A stretch of 64,000 nt of DNA from Camelus dromedarius (GCF_036321535.1 NC_087437.1:86678001-86742000), one strand, 5' to 3'. Shown: positions 1 through 13,206, numbered from the stretch's first letter. The notes: generated from the sequence alone by a model not told the origin. Translations and numbers: made by a program.

Positions 1-261
1 CCCTTTTCTCCACACCCTCCCCAGCATCTATCATTTGGAGGCTTTTCAATGACGGCCATTCTGGCTGGTGTGAGGAGATATCTCATTGTAGTTTTGACTG
101 CATTTCTCTGACAATTAACAATGCTGAGCATTTTTTCATGTGCCTATTGACCATTTATATGTCTTCATTGGGGAATTGCTTGTTTAGGTCTTCTGCTCAT
201 TTTTGGATTGGGTTGCTTGTTTCTTTAATATTAAGGTGTATGAGCTGTTTGTATATTTTGG
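1..261 (-). mobile_element. LINE-1 ORF2 C-terminal fragment, 5'-truncated; continues off the left edge
   Basis: Reverse complement aligns by eye with the L1 ORF2 3' region at ~22270-22530 (motifs gagcattttttcatgtgcctattg and catttttggattgggttg). Confidence 0.9.
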
Positions 262-989
262 GTTTGAGTTCTTTCTTGAATTCTTGTGCCTTATCTTACA
301 GGTACAGATTTGTCTTCCAATATAGTTCTTTTGGGATAGAATATCTCATTATTTTATTATATATTTCTACTCATAATTGTCTGATGAGTTAAATAACATT
401 TAAAAATGTCTTGTTTAAGGATACATACTAAAACATGGGAAATTTTTATATGAAAACATGTATTTGAAATTTTTCTAAAAGAATGTCCCTATAAGTTGAA
501 TTTCAAACCTGCCATTACTACTGGCTTCAAATCTACTCTTGTTTAATATTTGTAGAAGCTAAGAGAATGTTCAAGAGAATCAGTTTGGTTTTGGAAACTG
601 AGAAGACAAAAGGCAGAGCAAGTATAAGAGGAAAAAAGAGATGCTTAGAAAAATATTGCCTATATGAATTATTTTTGGAGGGGCACTTTATTTTGATCCT
701 TTGATTCCTTTATTTATTCACTCTGCAATGCAGATATATTTATTTTTACCATCTATATGCCATATGGTAGACATTAGTTCTTACCCTAAGGAAGGATAGT
801 GACAGATAACACACCACTGCTGAGCTCAATGTTTTACATTTAACAACTGCTCGTTTTAATTCTGTTGTCTGATCTTTAGAGTAAATCACTCTTCTTTCTA
901 ATTAAGAAAAACTACCAGCACATTTTTTTCCTTTTTTTACTTACTCTCAGTCTAAGTAGTTTTATCATCTGTTTGTCAGTCTTGCATTT

Positions 990-1773
990 TGTCAAAGAAA
1001 AATTGCACCAGATGGAGTTAAACAGACAAGGAAAAATTTATTCAAGATTTTTGCCATAGTTACCAAAAGGGAAAGGTCAAGGAAGGATAAATTAAGGGTT
1101 GGGGATTAACAGATACTTTACTATGTATAAAATAGATAAACAACAAGGATCTACTTTATAGCATAGGTAACTATATTCAATTTCTTGTAATAACATATAA
1201 TGGAAAATAACCTGAAATAAAATATATTTATATATGTATAACTGAATCACTTTGCTATACACCTGAAACTAACACTATAAATCAACTACACTTCAATAAC
1301 AAAAATTAAAAAAATAAAAAGACTATTGAGGTAGCGGTCAAGGCTAGGCAAGGGAGATTGAACTCAACTTCATGGAAATGACAGGGAGGAGAGTTTTAAC
1401 CAACGAGGAGTTTTAAGCCCTGGGGTGAGCTAGTGCTTGCAAACTGACCTTTACTGAAAAAGTTAGGCTCCTACCTTCCCTCAGAGACTGGGTCATAGGG
1501 GCCCTTTCCTGCTGCTTTCCTTTCCATTTGATTAGATAGTTACATTTCGAAGGGATGTTTCTCAGGTCCTTGAGAAAGATCTTGTTGGTTTGTAAAACTG
1601 ACAGGAGTCTGGGAAAAAATTTACATCTCAAAGGGGCAAAGAAAAAATTTACAATTGCAAGTTTTTCCTAAAGTAAATGCTGTTAACAAAAAGGAAGGTC
1701 AGGAGCCTCTAGTTAGGAAGAAATCTGTTTAAAATTTAGTCAAGCCAAGGGAAACATTAAGGTCATCTTGCCA
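990..1773 (-). mobile_element. ERV1-class solo LTR, split by an L1 3'-end insertion
   Basis: TG(990)...CA(1773) termini with flanks attt/attg (4-bp TSD, 1 mismatch); tttatt near the left end is AATAAA on the minus strand; LTR sequence resumes after the L1 at ~1319. Confidence 0.7.
1060..1318 (+). mobile_element. 5'-truncated LINE-1 3'UTR with A-tail
   Basis: Typical laurasiatherian L1 3'UTR (aaatagataaacaacaaggat...actgaatcactttgctatacacctgaaactaac...cttcaataa) plus A-rich tail; decayed TSD aagatttttgccatag (1044-1059) / aagactattgaggtag (1319-1334). Confidence 0.9.
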
Positions 1774-4700
1774 ATTGTACTGAATTAAACCTTGAACACA
1801 ATTAATAACATTTATGATGCAGCTAAAAATGAAGACTTGAATTCAAATTGGCCCAGGACTGAGTCCAAGGATCAATACATTAGCTTTAATCTTGAGAATG
1901 AAGTTGCTCTAGGAATGACGCTTGTTTAAAATGTACGTATTAACTGAAAAATAAAAGAAAAAGGAGATGTTAGAGAATCTTTCAAAAGTTGGATTTTTTT
2001 TTAGGAAAGGTAAACCTAATCCCCAATCCTTATCAAGTTCCTCCGTTTCCAGTTCTGCTGATGTGTACCCAAGGGGTCTGTGCTGTTTTCTGTTTTCCCG
2101 TGTTTTATTTTCTTTGCACGTAATAAAGGGCATTTCCCATTGCCTTCTATTCAGCGACTTTATTTCCTAGAATCCTGTCTTTATGTGAAGGCAGTTAATT
2201 TTTATTAATCCCTGGAGGAATTCTATGTTTTATTGTGCACTAGCTACCATGAAGAACTGCATCTTTTAGTTAAAGTAACACTGAGTTGTATGAGTTAATG
2301 TTAGTATGATTGGTGGATTTGTGCAATATTTGTTTTGAGATTGTCAACTGTCTCCCTGTTGGTGTGCACTAGGTATATTTTTGTTTTAGCATTTATTTAA
2401 AATGCCGATTCCAATCTTTAGAGGTAAATGTTTCTGCCTTTGTTGGAAAATATTTAAAATAAACCTTTCCTTGTTATTTACAAGAGAAGAATTGATCAAG
2501 TACAAAACCATTAAGGTCTTGTTAAATTGCATTTAGTTCAGCTGTTTGTATGTGTGTGTATTTCTGGCAAAATAGAAAATCACTTCAAAGGACATTTAAA
2601 CTTAGCTGTCTTCTGATATCCAGACCAAATAGATTTTTACATTTTCTTAAGATATGCTGAAAAAGCCCTTGATGTTTCCTCACCTCCAATTATAATTCTG
2701 ACAATATTCTATAAGCACTTAAAAATTCTTACAAGTTTTATATTTAGTACATTAAGTGTTTGGAAATGCAAAAAAAACCCTTTTCTTCTACCCTAAATTT
2801 TATGATACATTTAATTTTTAAAAATACCTCTGTTTTGTTTGAAAATGGGAGTTCATTTAGAATTATTTCTGCTATTCAGTTCAAGTAAGTATGACATTAT
2901 TTTTATTTTGCTGGGAAAGAAAGAATGTGCCTTTGATAGAAATGGATTGAGTTGGTGTTTTATTTTTATTCAGTTTTGAAAATCTTTAATATATATTACT
3001 GCTGTAGGCAAAGGTATATGAAACTAATGAAGCAATTATTTTTATTGATACAATTATTTTTATTTTCTTATGAACAGTATTTCTTGCAAATAAATAGCAT
3101 GTGTTTTTTCTAACAACATCATTGGAAATTAAAGATTCTTAAAGATGTAGGCTCCCTTGCTGTTGTTAAAATTGTCTCCGAAGGAAACATATATTATGGC
3201 TTTAGCCTTATATCAAATACTTAAGTATTAATAAGTATTAATACCTATGATATTAACACTTAAAAAAACCTCACTAAACTCTCAAGGAAATAGACATAAA
3301 TGCAAAGCTAATGTTTTAAAGGACAAAATGTGAAAAAACTACAAGGACTTAATGTTCTCCAGGAGCCTCAGAAATTCATCACTCCTTGTGTGTCATGCAT
3401 TTTATTGCCTCCAGGAAAGCAGGGACCTTTATTTGAAGGACATTTTCTGGCTCTTTAATAGATGCTGACCATTCAGGGCACTGGAAGAAATGAACAAATT
3501 TTCAATACTATTTTTTCTCTTTGACTTAGTTATGACACAACACTTCCCATCTTTAGTGAGTCAAATTTCCCCAATGACAAAGTTTTAGAGATTTTTCTGG
3601 ATTATCATACTTTGATGGTTTGTTTCTTTCTAATACTGTTGATTTGCTGAACTGCAGGTGCTTCAATTCCTGATACAAAGAATAAAATTGTACTGCAGGT
3701 GCTAAGGAGTAAAATATCCTCATTAAGATTCTGAAAGCTTATCTGCATAATGTAATGATGTAAGTGATGCAGAGTAACATCTTAATTATGGGTGTTATTC
3801 TGAGGTTGAAAAATAGGTCAGTGTCATCTACCTTAAGATCTTAAAGAAGTCGAGGGACTTTGCTGAAATTAAGAAAAAGTAACTTTATTGAGTGATTAAG
3901 AAATTAAGAAAATCAGAGTTTATAACGTCTTCATCAATCCAAATGGAATTTTTCGCTGTCATTAGTATGACATTTTTTCTATCAATGTTGATGTGGTTTA
4001 CTGGAACTTCAGTCACATGCAGAATATACACTTTCTAAAAATGTTAATTTCATGTTTTATCTCAACGTCTGCTTATAGGCTAAGATTCAGATTAATTTTT
4101 TGAACAAATATGTAATTAATAAAATTGGCATAATGAAATGAACCACATTAGCATTTCTTGTAGCTATGAACTTGTTGGTTTTGATTCTTGTTATTAAGTA
4201 GCATTCAAATAGCTAAAAAATAAAGCCTCCTAAATTTTAATTCATGTTAGTTTTGATCCATTTTCCTACCGATGTTAAATTTTACACAGTTCTTTAAAAC
4301 ATCTTAGTTTTTTCTTTTCTTATAATTTCTGGTATATGATGCATTCTATACTTCATTTGCATATCATCTTCACATTATTGAACATATTTGAATTTTCAGG
4401 CTTCAAAATTAGCATCTGTTTCTCATTAATCAACTTTCAGTTTCTCAGGTGTCAGTGATATAATTACAGTCAGGTGTACAAGTCTGGCTTCATGTATTCT
4501 TATTAGTACAACACATTATTATCACTTTTACCATTTGGCTCTAATTGCATTTTCTACATAGAATTTCTATAAGACTTCTTATTGCATTAACATTATTATA
4601 TACACTTCAATTTTCAGAAATGTTAGTGTTTTAAAAGAAAAAGATATTACACATTCCTTTTCAAGGAAGAAACACATAATTTTATTTCTATTTCCTAATC

Positions 4701-5877
4701 TGTAACCCTCATTCTTGCTATATTTAACTCAAAGAAAAACATGTTATTTATTTATAGCTTTTTATGTGACTTAATGATTATACTTTTGTGGTTCTTAAAA
4801 GGATTGCTTTAAATTGTTCTCTTAAAAGAAATGCCTGCTCATTTCCATGTCAATGAATATATTTTCTTTTTATCCCAATTATTTATATCCTGATCCCTCC
4901 ATCCCTCCACCCCTCCCTTCATTCATCCATCCACTTATGTGCATGATCTTTTAGGAGTAATGGTCATTTGCTCATACTGACTCACTTATACACATATTGA
5001 TTCATTGGCTTGAGTATTTGACAAGTTATAAATGATTCTTAGAAAACACAATCCTTGTTAACTGATTCACATTACACATTTGTCCTGAAAAGTGTTTTCA
5101 GGTGCATCCTCACTCAAAACGGTAATCTCTTATGAGTCTTATTTTCTATCAGGATATTGGAGTAATGCCAATCTAGATTATTCTTTTTCAGTCATCAATA
5201 TTTATCTATTTCACCGTTCTTTTCCTTTCTTTGGAGTATGACTTGGAGAAAGGAAATAGATTCTTCACTTTGTGCTTCTGAAACTTGCAGTTATTTTTTA
5301 CCCAGAATCTGACATATATTTTTATGTTTTATGTGAGGAAAAAAAAGTCCAAAAGAATTCTCCTGGTTAGAGTAATATGTCTTTTTTTTGACTTGGTTTG
5401 TTCATTTTGATGTTTTCATTAAATTTCTTTTTTTAAGAGCAAGTCACTTAAATAATTTCTGTACTATTATAGCTATATTCATAAAATCATCATATTGATA
5501 ATTTTAAAAATATAATAATAAATTAACAGAAATTTAATGGTTTAATAAGAAGATGAAAAAATGTTTACATCTCTAGCAGAAAATTCCAGCAGAAAATAAT
5601 TAAATTTTTAATGTTGCCTTTTATTTTCAAATGCATAGGATTAATAGACCATATAGACCATTATAACCTTACCACAGGTACAGTTTTCAATTTAGCTTTC
5701 TTTTCTTAAGACTATGAAAAATATTTTTCTCATTATTATATATTTATTTAAAATGTTTATATTATAACATATTATGTTAGTAAATCTTCATCAAGGGACT
5801 GTATCATAAAGCTTCTTTCCACTTTACTAAGAATTATTTTCTGAAGGCAAATACCAGTATTTTAAAATTGACTAACT

Positions 5878-8800
5878 TAGGTTTCTTTTCATTTTGTTTA
5901 TGGTTTCCTGTACAGTGTAAAGGCTTTTAAGTTTAATTAGCTCCCATATTTTAATTTTTGCTTTTATTTCCATTACTCTAGGAGCTGGTTCAGAAAAAAT
6001 ATTGCTGAAATTTATGTCAAAGAGTATTCTGCTTTGTTTTGCTCTAGGAATTTTACAGTATCCAGTCTTATATTTAGGTCTATAATACATTTTGAGTTTA
6101 TTTTTGTATATGGTGTTAATGTTCTAATTTCATTCTTTTCATGTAGCTGTCCAGTTTTCTCAGCACCACTTATTGAAAAGACTGTATTTTCTTCATTGTG
6201 TATTCTTGCCTTCTTTGTCGTAGATTAATTCACCATAAGTGTGTAGGTTTATTTCTGGACTTTCCATCCTGCTCCATTGATCTATGTGACTGTTTTTGTG
6301 CTTGTACCCTTTTTGATTACTATAGCTTTGTAGTATAGTCTGAAGTTAGGAAGCCCGATACCTCCAGCTCCATTCTTCTTTCTCGAGATTGTTTTGGCTA
6401 TTTGGGGACTTTGTCTTTCCATACAAATTTAAATTTTGTTTCATTTCTTTGAAAAATATCATTGTCAATTTGATAGGGATTGCACTGAATCTGTATATTG
6501 CCTTTGGTAGTATGGCCATTTTAACAATACTGAGCCTTCCAATCCAAGAGCATGGTATATCTTTCCATCTGTTCGTGTCATCTTCAGTTTCTTTCATCAG
6601 TGTCTCATAGTTTTCAGAGTACAAGTCCTTTACCTCTTTGGATAGCTTTATTCCTAGGTATTTTATTTGTTTTGATGCGATGGTAAATGGGATTGTTTCT
6701 TTAATTTCTTTTTCTTCTATTTCATTTTGTTAGTGTACAGCAATGCAACTGATTTTTGTATGTTAATTTTGTATCTTGCAACTTTACTGAATTCATTGGT
6801 GACCTCTAGTAGATTTTTGGTCACCTCTTTAGGATTTTCTGTGTATAATATTATGTCATTTGCAAATAGTGACAGTTTTACTTCTTTTCCAATTTGAATT
6901 CCTCTTATTTATTTTTCTTCTCTGACTGCTGTGGCTAGGACTTCCAAAAGTATATTGAATAAAAGTGGTGAGAGTGGTACCGTTGTCTTGTTCCTGATCT
7001 TAGAGGAAATGCTTTCAGCTTTTCACCATTGAGAATAATGTTGGTTGTGGTTTGTCATATATGGCCTTTAATATGTTGAAGTATGTTCCCTCTATGCCCA
7101 CTTTCTGAAGAGTTTTTATTGTAAATGGATGTTGAACTTTATCAAAAGCTTTTTCTGGATCTATTGAGATGATCATATGGTTTTTATTCTTCAATTTGTT
7201 AATGTGATATATCATGTTGATTGATTTGCGGACATTGAAAAATCCTTGCATCCCTGAGATAAATCCCACTTGATCATGGTGTATGATCTTATTAATATAT
7301 TGTTGGAGTAAATTTGCTAGTATTTTGTTGAGGATTTTTTCATTTATGTTCATAAGTGATATGGGCCTGTAATTTTCTTTTTTTGTGGTATCTTTGTCTG
7401 GTTTTGGTATTAGGGTGATGGTGGCTTCATAGAATGAACTTGGAAGTACTGCTTTCTCTGCAACTTTTTGGAATAGTTTCAAAAGAATAGGCATTAACTC
7501 TTCTGTAAATGTTTGGTATAATTCTCCTGTGAAGCTCTCTGGTCCTGGACTTTTGTTTTTTAAGAGTTTTTAAATTACTGATACAGTTTCAGTGCTGGTA
7601 ATTGGTCTGTTCATATTTTCTATTTCTTCCTGATTTAGTCTTTGGAGATTGTACCTTTCTAAGAAGTTGTCCATTTCTTCTAGGTTGTGCATTTTGTTGA
7701 GATATAGTTGCTCATAGTAGCCTCTTACGGTCCTTTGTATTTCTGTGGTATCGGTTATAACTTCTTTTTCATTTATGATTTTATTAATTTGAGCCCTCTC
7801 TCTTTTTTCTTGATGAGTCTGGCTAAAGGTTTATCAATTTTGTTTATCTTTTCAAAGATCCAGCTGTTAGTTTCTTTGATCCTTTCTATTGTGTTTTTGT
7901 TTGTTTTAATTTTTAGTCTCTGTTTCATTTATTTCTGCTCTAATCTTTTTCTAATCGATTTCTTTCCTTCTACTAACGTTTTAGGTTTTATTTATTCTTC
8001 TTTCTCTAGTTGCTTTAGGTGTAATGCTAAGTTGTTTATTTGAGATTTTTCTCGTTTCCTGAGGTAAGCTTGTATCACTATAAACTTCCCTCTTAGAACT
8101 GTTTTTGCTATGTCCCTAGGTTTTGGATTGTCATATTCACATTTTCATTTGTCTCTAAGTATTTTTTGATTTCCTCTGATTTCTTCAGTGATCCATTGGT
8201 TGTTTAGTAGCATATTGTTTAACCTCCACATGTTTGTGGTTTTTACAGTTTTTTTTTTTATCTTGTGGTTGATTTCTAATCTCATAATGCTTGGTTGGAA
8301 AAGATGTTTGATGTGATGTCAGTTTTCTTAAATTTACTGAGGCTTGCTTTGTGGACCAACATGTAATCTATCCTGGAGAATGTTCCATGTGCACTTTAGA
8401 AGAATATGTATTCTGGTGCTTTTGGATGGAATGCTCTGTAAATATCAATTAAGTCCATCTGGTCTAATGTGTTATTTAAGGCTTATGTTTTCTTATTGAT
8501 TTTCTGTCTGGATGATCTGTCCATTGATGTAAATGGGGTGTTAAGGTTCCCCACTATTATTGTGTTAATGTTGATTTTTCCTTTTATATCTGTTAACAGT
8601 TGTCTTATATGTTGAGGTGCTCCTATGTTGGGTGCATACATATTTACGATTGTTAATTTTTCTTGGATTGATCCCTTGAGCATTATGTAGTGTCCTTCTT
8701 TGTCTCTTGTGACAGTCTTTATTTTAAAGTTAGTTTTGCCTGATATAAGTAATGGGACTCCAGCTTTTTTTAAAAATTTCCATTTGCATGGAATACATTT

Positions 8801-8966
8801 CTCCATCCCATCACTTTCAGTCTGTCTCTAGATCTGAAGTGAGTCTCTTGTAGCAAATATATGGCTCTTGTTTTTGTATCCATTCAGCCAGTCTATGTCT
8901 TTTGGTTGAAGCATTTAAACCATTTACACTTAAGGTAATTATTGACATATATGTTCTTTTTGCCAT
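5878..8966 (-). pseudogene. Disrupted L1 ORF2p (APE endonuclease plus reverse transcriptase)
   Basis: ATG at 8966 reads MAKRTYMSIITLSVNGLNASTKRHRLAEWIQKQ, a canonical ORF2p N-terminus; multiple stops and frameshifts follow. Confidence 0.9.
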
Positions 8967-9383
8967 TTTGTTAATTGTTTTAGATTTGTTTTAGTTGATC
9001 TTTCTCTTCCTTTTCTTCTTTTGTTCTCTTGTGATTAAGTGACTCTCTTTAGTGTGATGTCTGGATTCCTGTTTCTTTTTTGTGTCTATGTCTATTATAG
9101 ATTTTTGGTTTCTGGTTGCCATAAGGTTTTGGTATAACACTCTGTATATGTATATGTGATTGCTTTAAGTTGCTAATCTCTTATTTTCAAATATATTTTA
9201 AGTACCCTGCATTTGTACTCTCCTCCTCTCATGATTACATTTTTGATGTCACATTTTACATTTGTTTTGTGTATCTCTTAACTGCTTATTGTAGAAACTG
9301 ATGATTTTACTACTAATGTCTTTTGCTCTTTCTACTAGTTTGTGCAAGAATGATTTCTTACCTTTACTGTATACTTGCCTTTA
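5878..9383 (-). mobile_element. Degraded LINE-1: inter-ORF spacer plus most of ORF2; lacks 3'UTR and poly(A)
   Basis: ORF fragments with endonuclease (8483-8806, ...GHYIMLKGSI...NMYAPN) and RT motifs (7015-7494, NYRPISLMN...[13 protein letters not shown]), plus 6346-6624 and 5872-6090. Confidence 0.95.
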
Positions 9384-9399
9384 GGCTGAATGCCCATTG

Positions 9400-9800
9400 A
9401 AGGTAAATGAGGCAAGACAACATAATGTACTCAGATTTTTAGATGTACTTATAAACACAATGGTAAGTGTTAGAAAATGACTTACAATTGATTTAAAAAT
9501 TACTAGAGCTGCTAAGTTAAGGAAGAACTGTAGGACAGAAGTGGGATAGTTCAGTTTTGGATATTATCATTTAGATATGTGAGAGATAATGGACTAACTT
9601 AGTGACAGGTAGGTCCGCCAAATCTTGTTCATAGATTGAATAGGGTGATAAGAGAAATGAAGGAATCAAAAATCTCTCCTAGTGGCTGGATGTGGTTATC
9701 ATTTCCTGAAATGTGGAAGACTGGTAGAGAAACACTATTTGATATGTGTTCTAGGAGAGAATTTAATTTCGGGGATACTAAATTTAGACTATTAAAAACT
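9400..9800 (+). mobile_element. L2 LINE remnant
   Basis: Purine-rich L2-like tracts (aaggaatcaaaa..., atttcctgaaatgtggaagactggtagagaa, tttaatttcggggatactaaattt). Confidence 0.45.
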
Positions 9801-10229
9801 CTACTTTCTAATTTATTATATCTGCAAACAATGGTAACTTTTCTTCTATCTTTCCAATACTTCTAATATCCACTTGGAGTCTTTAATCCATTGATCAAAA
9901 TTAATAGACTAATGTTAACTGTAGTCATCTGGTTTTATTATGAATATCAGTACTAAGAATGTTACTGGCTATTGATTACAGAAAGATTCATGTTAACAGA
10001 GTAAGTATTATACTTTAATGCTTAAAATAAAAAAAATACCATAAATAAATCCTATGGGTTATATTTATGACAACTTTTCAGCATCCAATAAAACAATCGT
10101 ATGGTTTTTAGTTTTGATTTAGAATGATTTTTGCCTTAAATTTTTATTATTTTTGCCTTAAATTTTAATATCATCTACTAATTTTATAATAAAATCATCT
10201 TTGTATTTTGTGTATAAAATTATATAATG

Positions 10230-11000
10230 CTGCATGGACTTTCTCTTTTGGATTTTTCCATAAATATTTGTGATAGATACTGATGTCTGGTACTGTTTTT
10301 GCATGACATAGCATCAGGTTTAGATAGATTTCATGAGATAATTTAAGAAACTTTCTATCTTTTTATTATAGAAATTAATCTTTTCCTTGAATACTTGTAA
10401 GAATGCAAGTGTAAAATAGCTTGCATCTAGAATATTTTCTATATTTTAAAAAATCTTTAGCAAAATTTTATTGTGTAAGTTTCCACAACTTGTTATTTTC
10501 AAAATATACTGATATGTGTTTTTTAAATTTCCATCATGATTTAGTTGCTATTTGAAAGCTTATTCTAAAATTTTAAATGATTGTGAGTTTCTTGTTTATA
10601 CTTCTATTGTTCATTTTATTGTGCTGTGATCATTGAAAGGGGTTTTAGAATTTCTATTTGTGATCTTTGTCTTGATGACTGAGCACATGATTAATTTTTA
10701 TGAATATTAACCGATCATTTCAAATATATTTTAAAATTTTTGCTTAAAGCATTTTTATTAATTATTGCTTTTCCATTTAAGTCTTCTGTGTTCTTATTTT
10801 TCTGCATGTTGTACCATAAACTGATACTGATTTTTAACACTTTTTATTATTTTTTTGTCTTATATACATGCGTATGATTCTAATCATTTTTAAATAATGG
10901 GTTTTATTCTTTGTCTCCATATTTAAGTTTACAGATTTTTCTTTTATTGCTTCATAGTTATTATAATAAGAATTACTCTGTTGTCAATGCCTTTTGCTTT
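10230..11000 (-). mobile_element. Highly degraded ancient L1 (L1M-type) ORF2 remnant
   Basis: T-rich sequence with scattered antisense L1 ORF2-like motifs (ttttccttgaatacttgtaagaatgcaagtgtaaaa; ttttattgtgctgtgatca). Confidence 0.45.
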
Positions 11001-12315
11001 GTTTTTTTTTCTTCCTTCAATTTTGCCTTTGTTTTCTTTCCCTCTGTCTTTCTCTGTTAATATAACTTTGGGTTTGAGGATTTTTATTTATGTAATGTTT
11101 TCAAACCATTTATTTTTTTCAAACCATCAATTTTCTTTTTAACAATCAAAATTTTTCCAAGTTTGTTCAGTGAAATGCACTTCAAACTGGTACATAGATC
11201 CTGGTACGTAGGTCCTTGTTTTATAAAGCTTACAATACAATTCTTTATAAATTTACTGACATTTTATAACTGTATTATTATAAATGGGATTTTGACTTGC
11301 AAAGTTCACAAAGCTATGAACTATAACAATTGAAAGTCTCCAAACTATTACTCACAGACATAGAAAATTAGATTTTTTGGATCTTTTTAATTTGGATTGA
11401 TCTCATGATTTAAAAAAAATTCTTTGTTTTGTCTATTTTTAGGAATGTAGGTTGATTTTCTCCTCTGTTCTAAGGACTTCAGTCAGTGTCTAGACTTTTG
11501 TTTTTTTTTTTTAGATTACATATTTTATTTTATTTTATTTTTTTACATTTTTTTATTGCATAATAGTCATTTTACAATGTTGTGTCAAACTCTAGTGTAG
11601 AGCACAATTTTTCAGTTATACATGAACATATATATATTCATTGTCACATTTTTTTTCGCTATGAGCTACCACAAGATCTTGTATATATTTCCCTGTGCTA
11701 TACAGTATAATCTTGTTTATCTATTCTGCATTTTAAAATCCCAGTTTGTCCCGTCCCACCCCTTGCCCCCTTGGCAACCACAAGTTTGTATTCTATGTCT
11801 ATGAGTCTGTTTCTGTTTTGTATTTATGGTTTTTTTTTTTTATGGTATTTTTCTTTCTCTTTCTGGCTTACTTCACTTAGAATGACATTCTCCAGGAACT
11901 TCCATGTTGCTGCAAATGGTGTTATGTTGTCAGTTTTTATGGCTGAATAGTGTTCCAACGTATAAATATACCACTTCTTCTTTGTCCAGTCATCTGTTGA
12001 TGGACATTTAGGCTGTTTCCATGTCTTGGCTATTGTGAATAGTGCTTCTGTGAACATTGGGGTGCAGGTGTCTTTTTGAAGTAGAGTTCCTTCTGGATAT
12101 ATGCCCAGGAGTGGGATTCCTGGGTCATATGGTAAGTCTATTCCTAGTCTTTTGAGGAATCTTCATACTGTTTCCCACAGTGGCTTTCCTTGGTTCCCTC
12201 TCCCACTCTTAATGATTTGGATGTCTTCTTTCACAATGTTGTGTTTATTCTATGGTAGTTATCACCTTTCCAGTTATGAGTTTCTTATTTTTGTGGCATC
12301 TTGCTTCTTTTCTAT

Positions 12316-13206
12316 TTAGAGTAGATCTGTCAATATTTCTTTTAGCATAGGTTTAGTGTTGCTAAACTCTTTTAGTTTTTGCTTGCCTGTAAAGTTCTTT
12401 ATCTCTCCTTCTATTCTAAAGGATAGCCTTGCTGGGTAGAGTATCCTAGGCTGCATCTTTTTTTCCTTCAGGACTTTGAATATATCTTGCCACTCCCTTC
12501 TGGCCTGTAGCATTTGTGTAGAGAAATCAGCTGAGAGCCTTATGGGGGTTCCCTTGTAACTCACTATTTGTTTTTCTCTTGGATCCTTTTCTTATCCTTG
12601 ACTCTGGCCATCTTGATTATGATATGTCTTGGTGTGGGTCTGTTTGGGTTCTTCCTGTTTGGGACCCTCTGAGCCTCCTGTACTTGGATATCTGTTTCTT
12701 TTTTTAGGTTTGAGAAGTTTTCAGTCATGATTTCTTCAAATACCTTTTCAATCCCCTTTGTTCTTTCTTCCCCTTCTGGAACCCCTATTATGTGTAGGTT
12801 GGCACATTTTATATTATCCCACAGGTCCCTTATATTGTTTTCATTGTTTTTTATTTGTTTTTCTCTCATCTGTTCTGATTGAGTGCTTTCTGTTGTCCTG
12901 TCTTCTAGATCACTTATTCGTTCCTCTGCATTATCTAGCCTGCTTTGTACAGCCTTTAGGTCAGCTCTCATCTCAGCAAATGAGTTTATTAATTCTACTT
13001 GGTTCTTCTTTAAAACTTCTATTTCATTTTTGACATATTTTATATCTCTAAACACTATCTCTTTTAGTTCCTTCAGTAGTTTGATCACTCCTTTTTTGAA
13101 ATCTTGATCTAGTAGGCCATCAATGTCTATTTCTGATTGTGCTTTCAGGGGATTTCTCTTGATCTTTTAGTTGGGAGTGGTTCCTCTGCTTCTTCATATT
13201 GCTCAT
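12316..13206 (-). pseudogene. L1 ORF1p, full length but frameshifted twice (~13135 and ~12585)
   Basis: MSNMKKQRNHSQLKDQEKSPE... then coiled coil (RLDNAEERISDLEDR), RRM (NLHIIGVPEGEE, QEAQRVP, PRHIIIKM) and CTD (YKGTPIRLSADFS, ARREW, YPARLSF). Confidence 0.92.

Noticed and set aside
1909..2170. Opposing 67-74 aa ORFs in unique sequence
   Set aside because: No homology or exon structure evident; length is within chance expectation.
6034..8043. Hydrophobic + strand ORFs resembling membrane proteins
   Set aside because: Antisense translations of A-rich L1 ORF2; the same applies to 138-392, 14955-15616 and 18804-19118.
10127..10166. Short direct duplication (period 22); similar ones near 14670, 19095, 27730, 39040, 44320 and 61240
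   Set aside because: Ordinary slippage duplications of 2 units; no spacer array, so not CRISPR-like.
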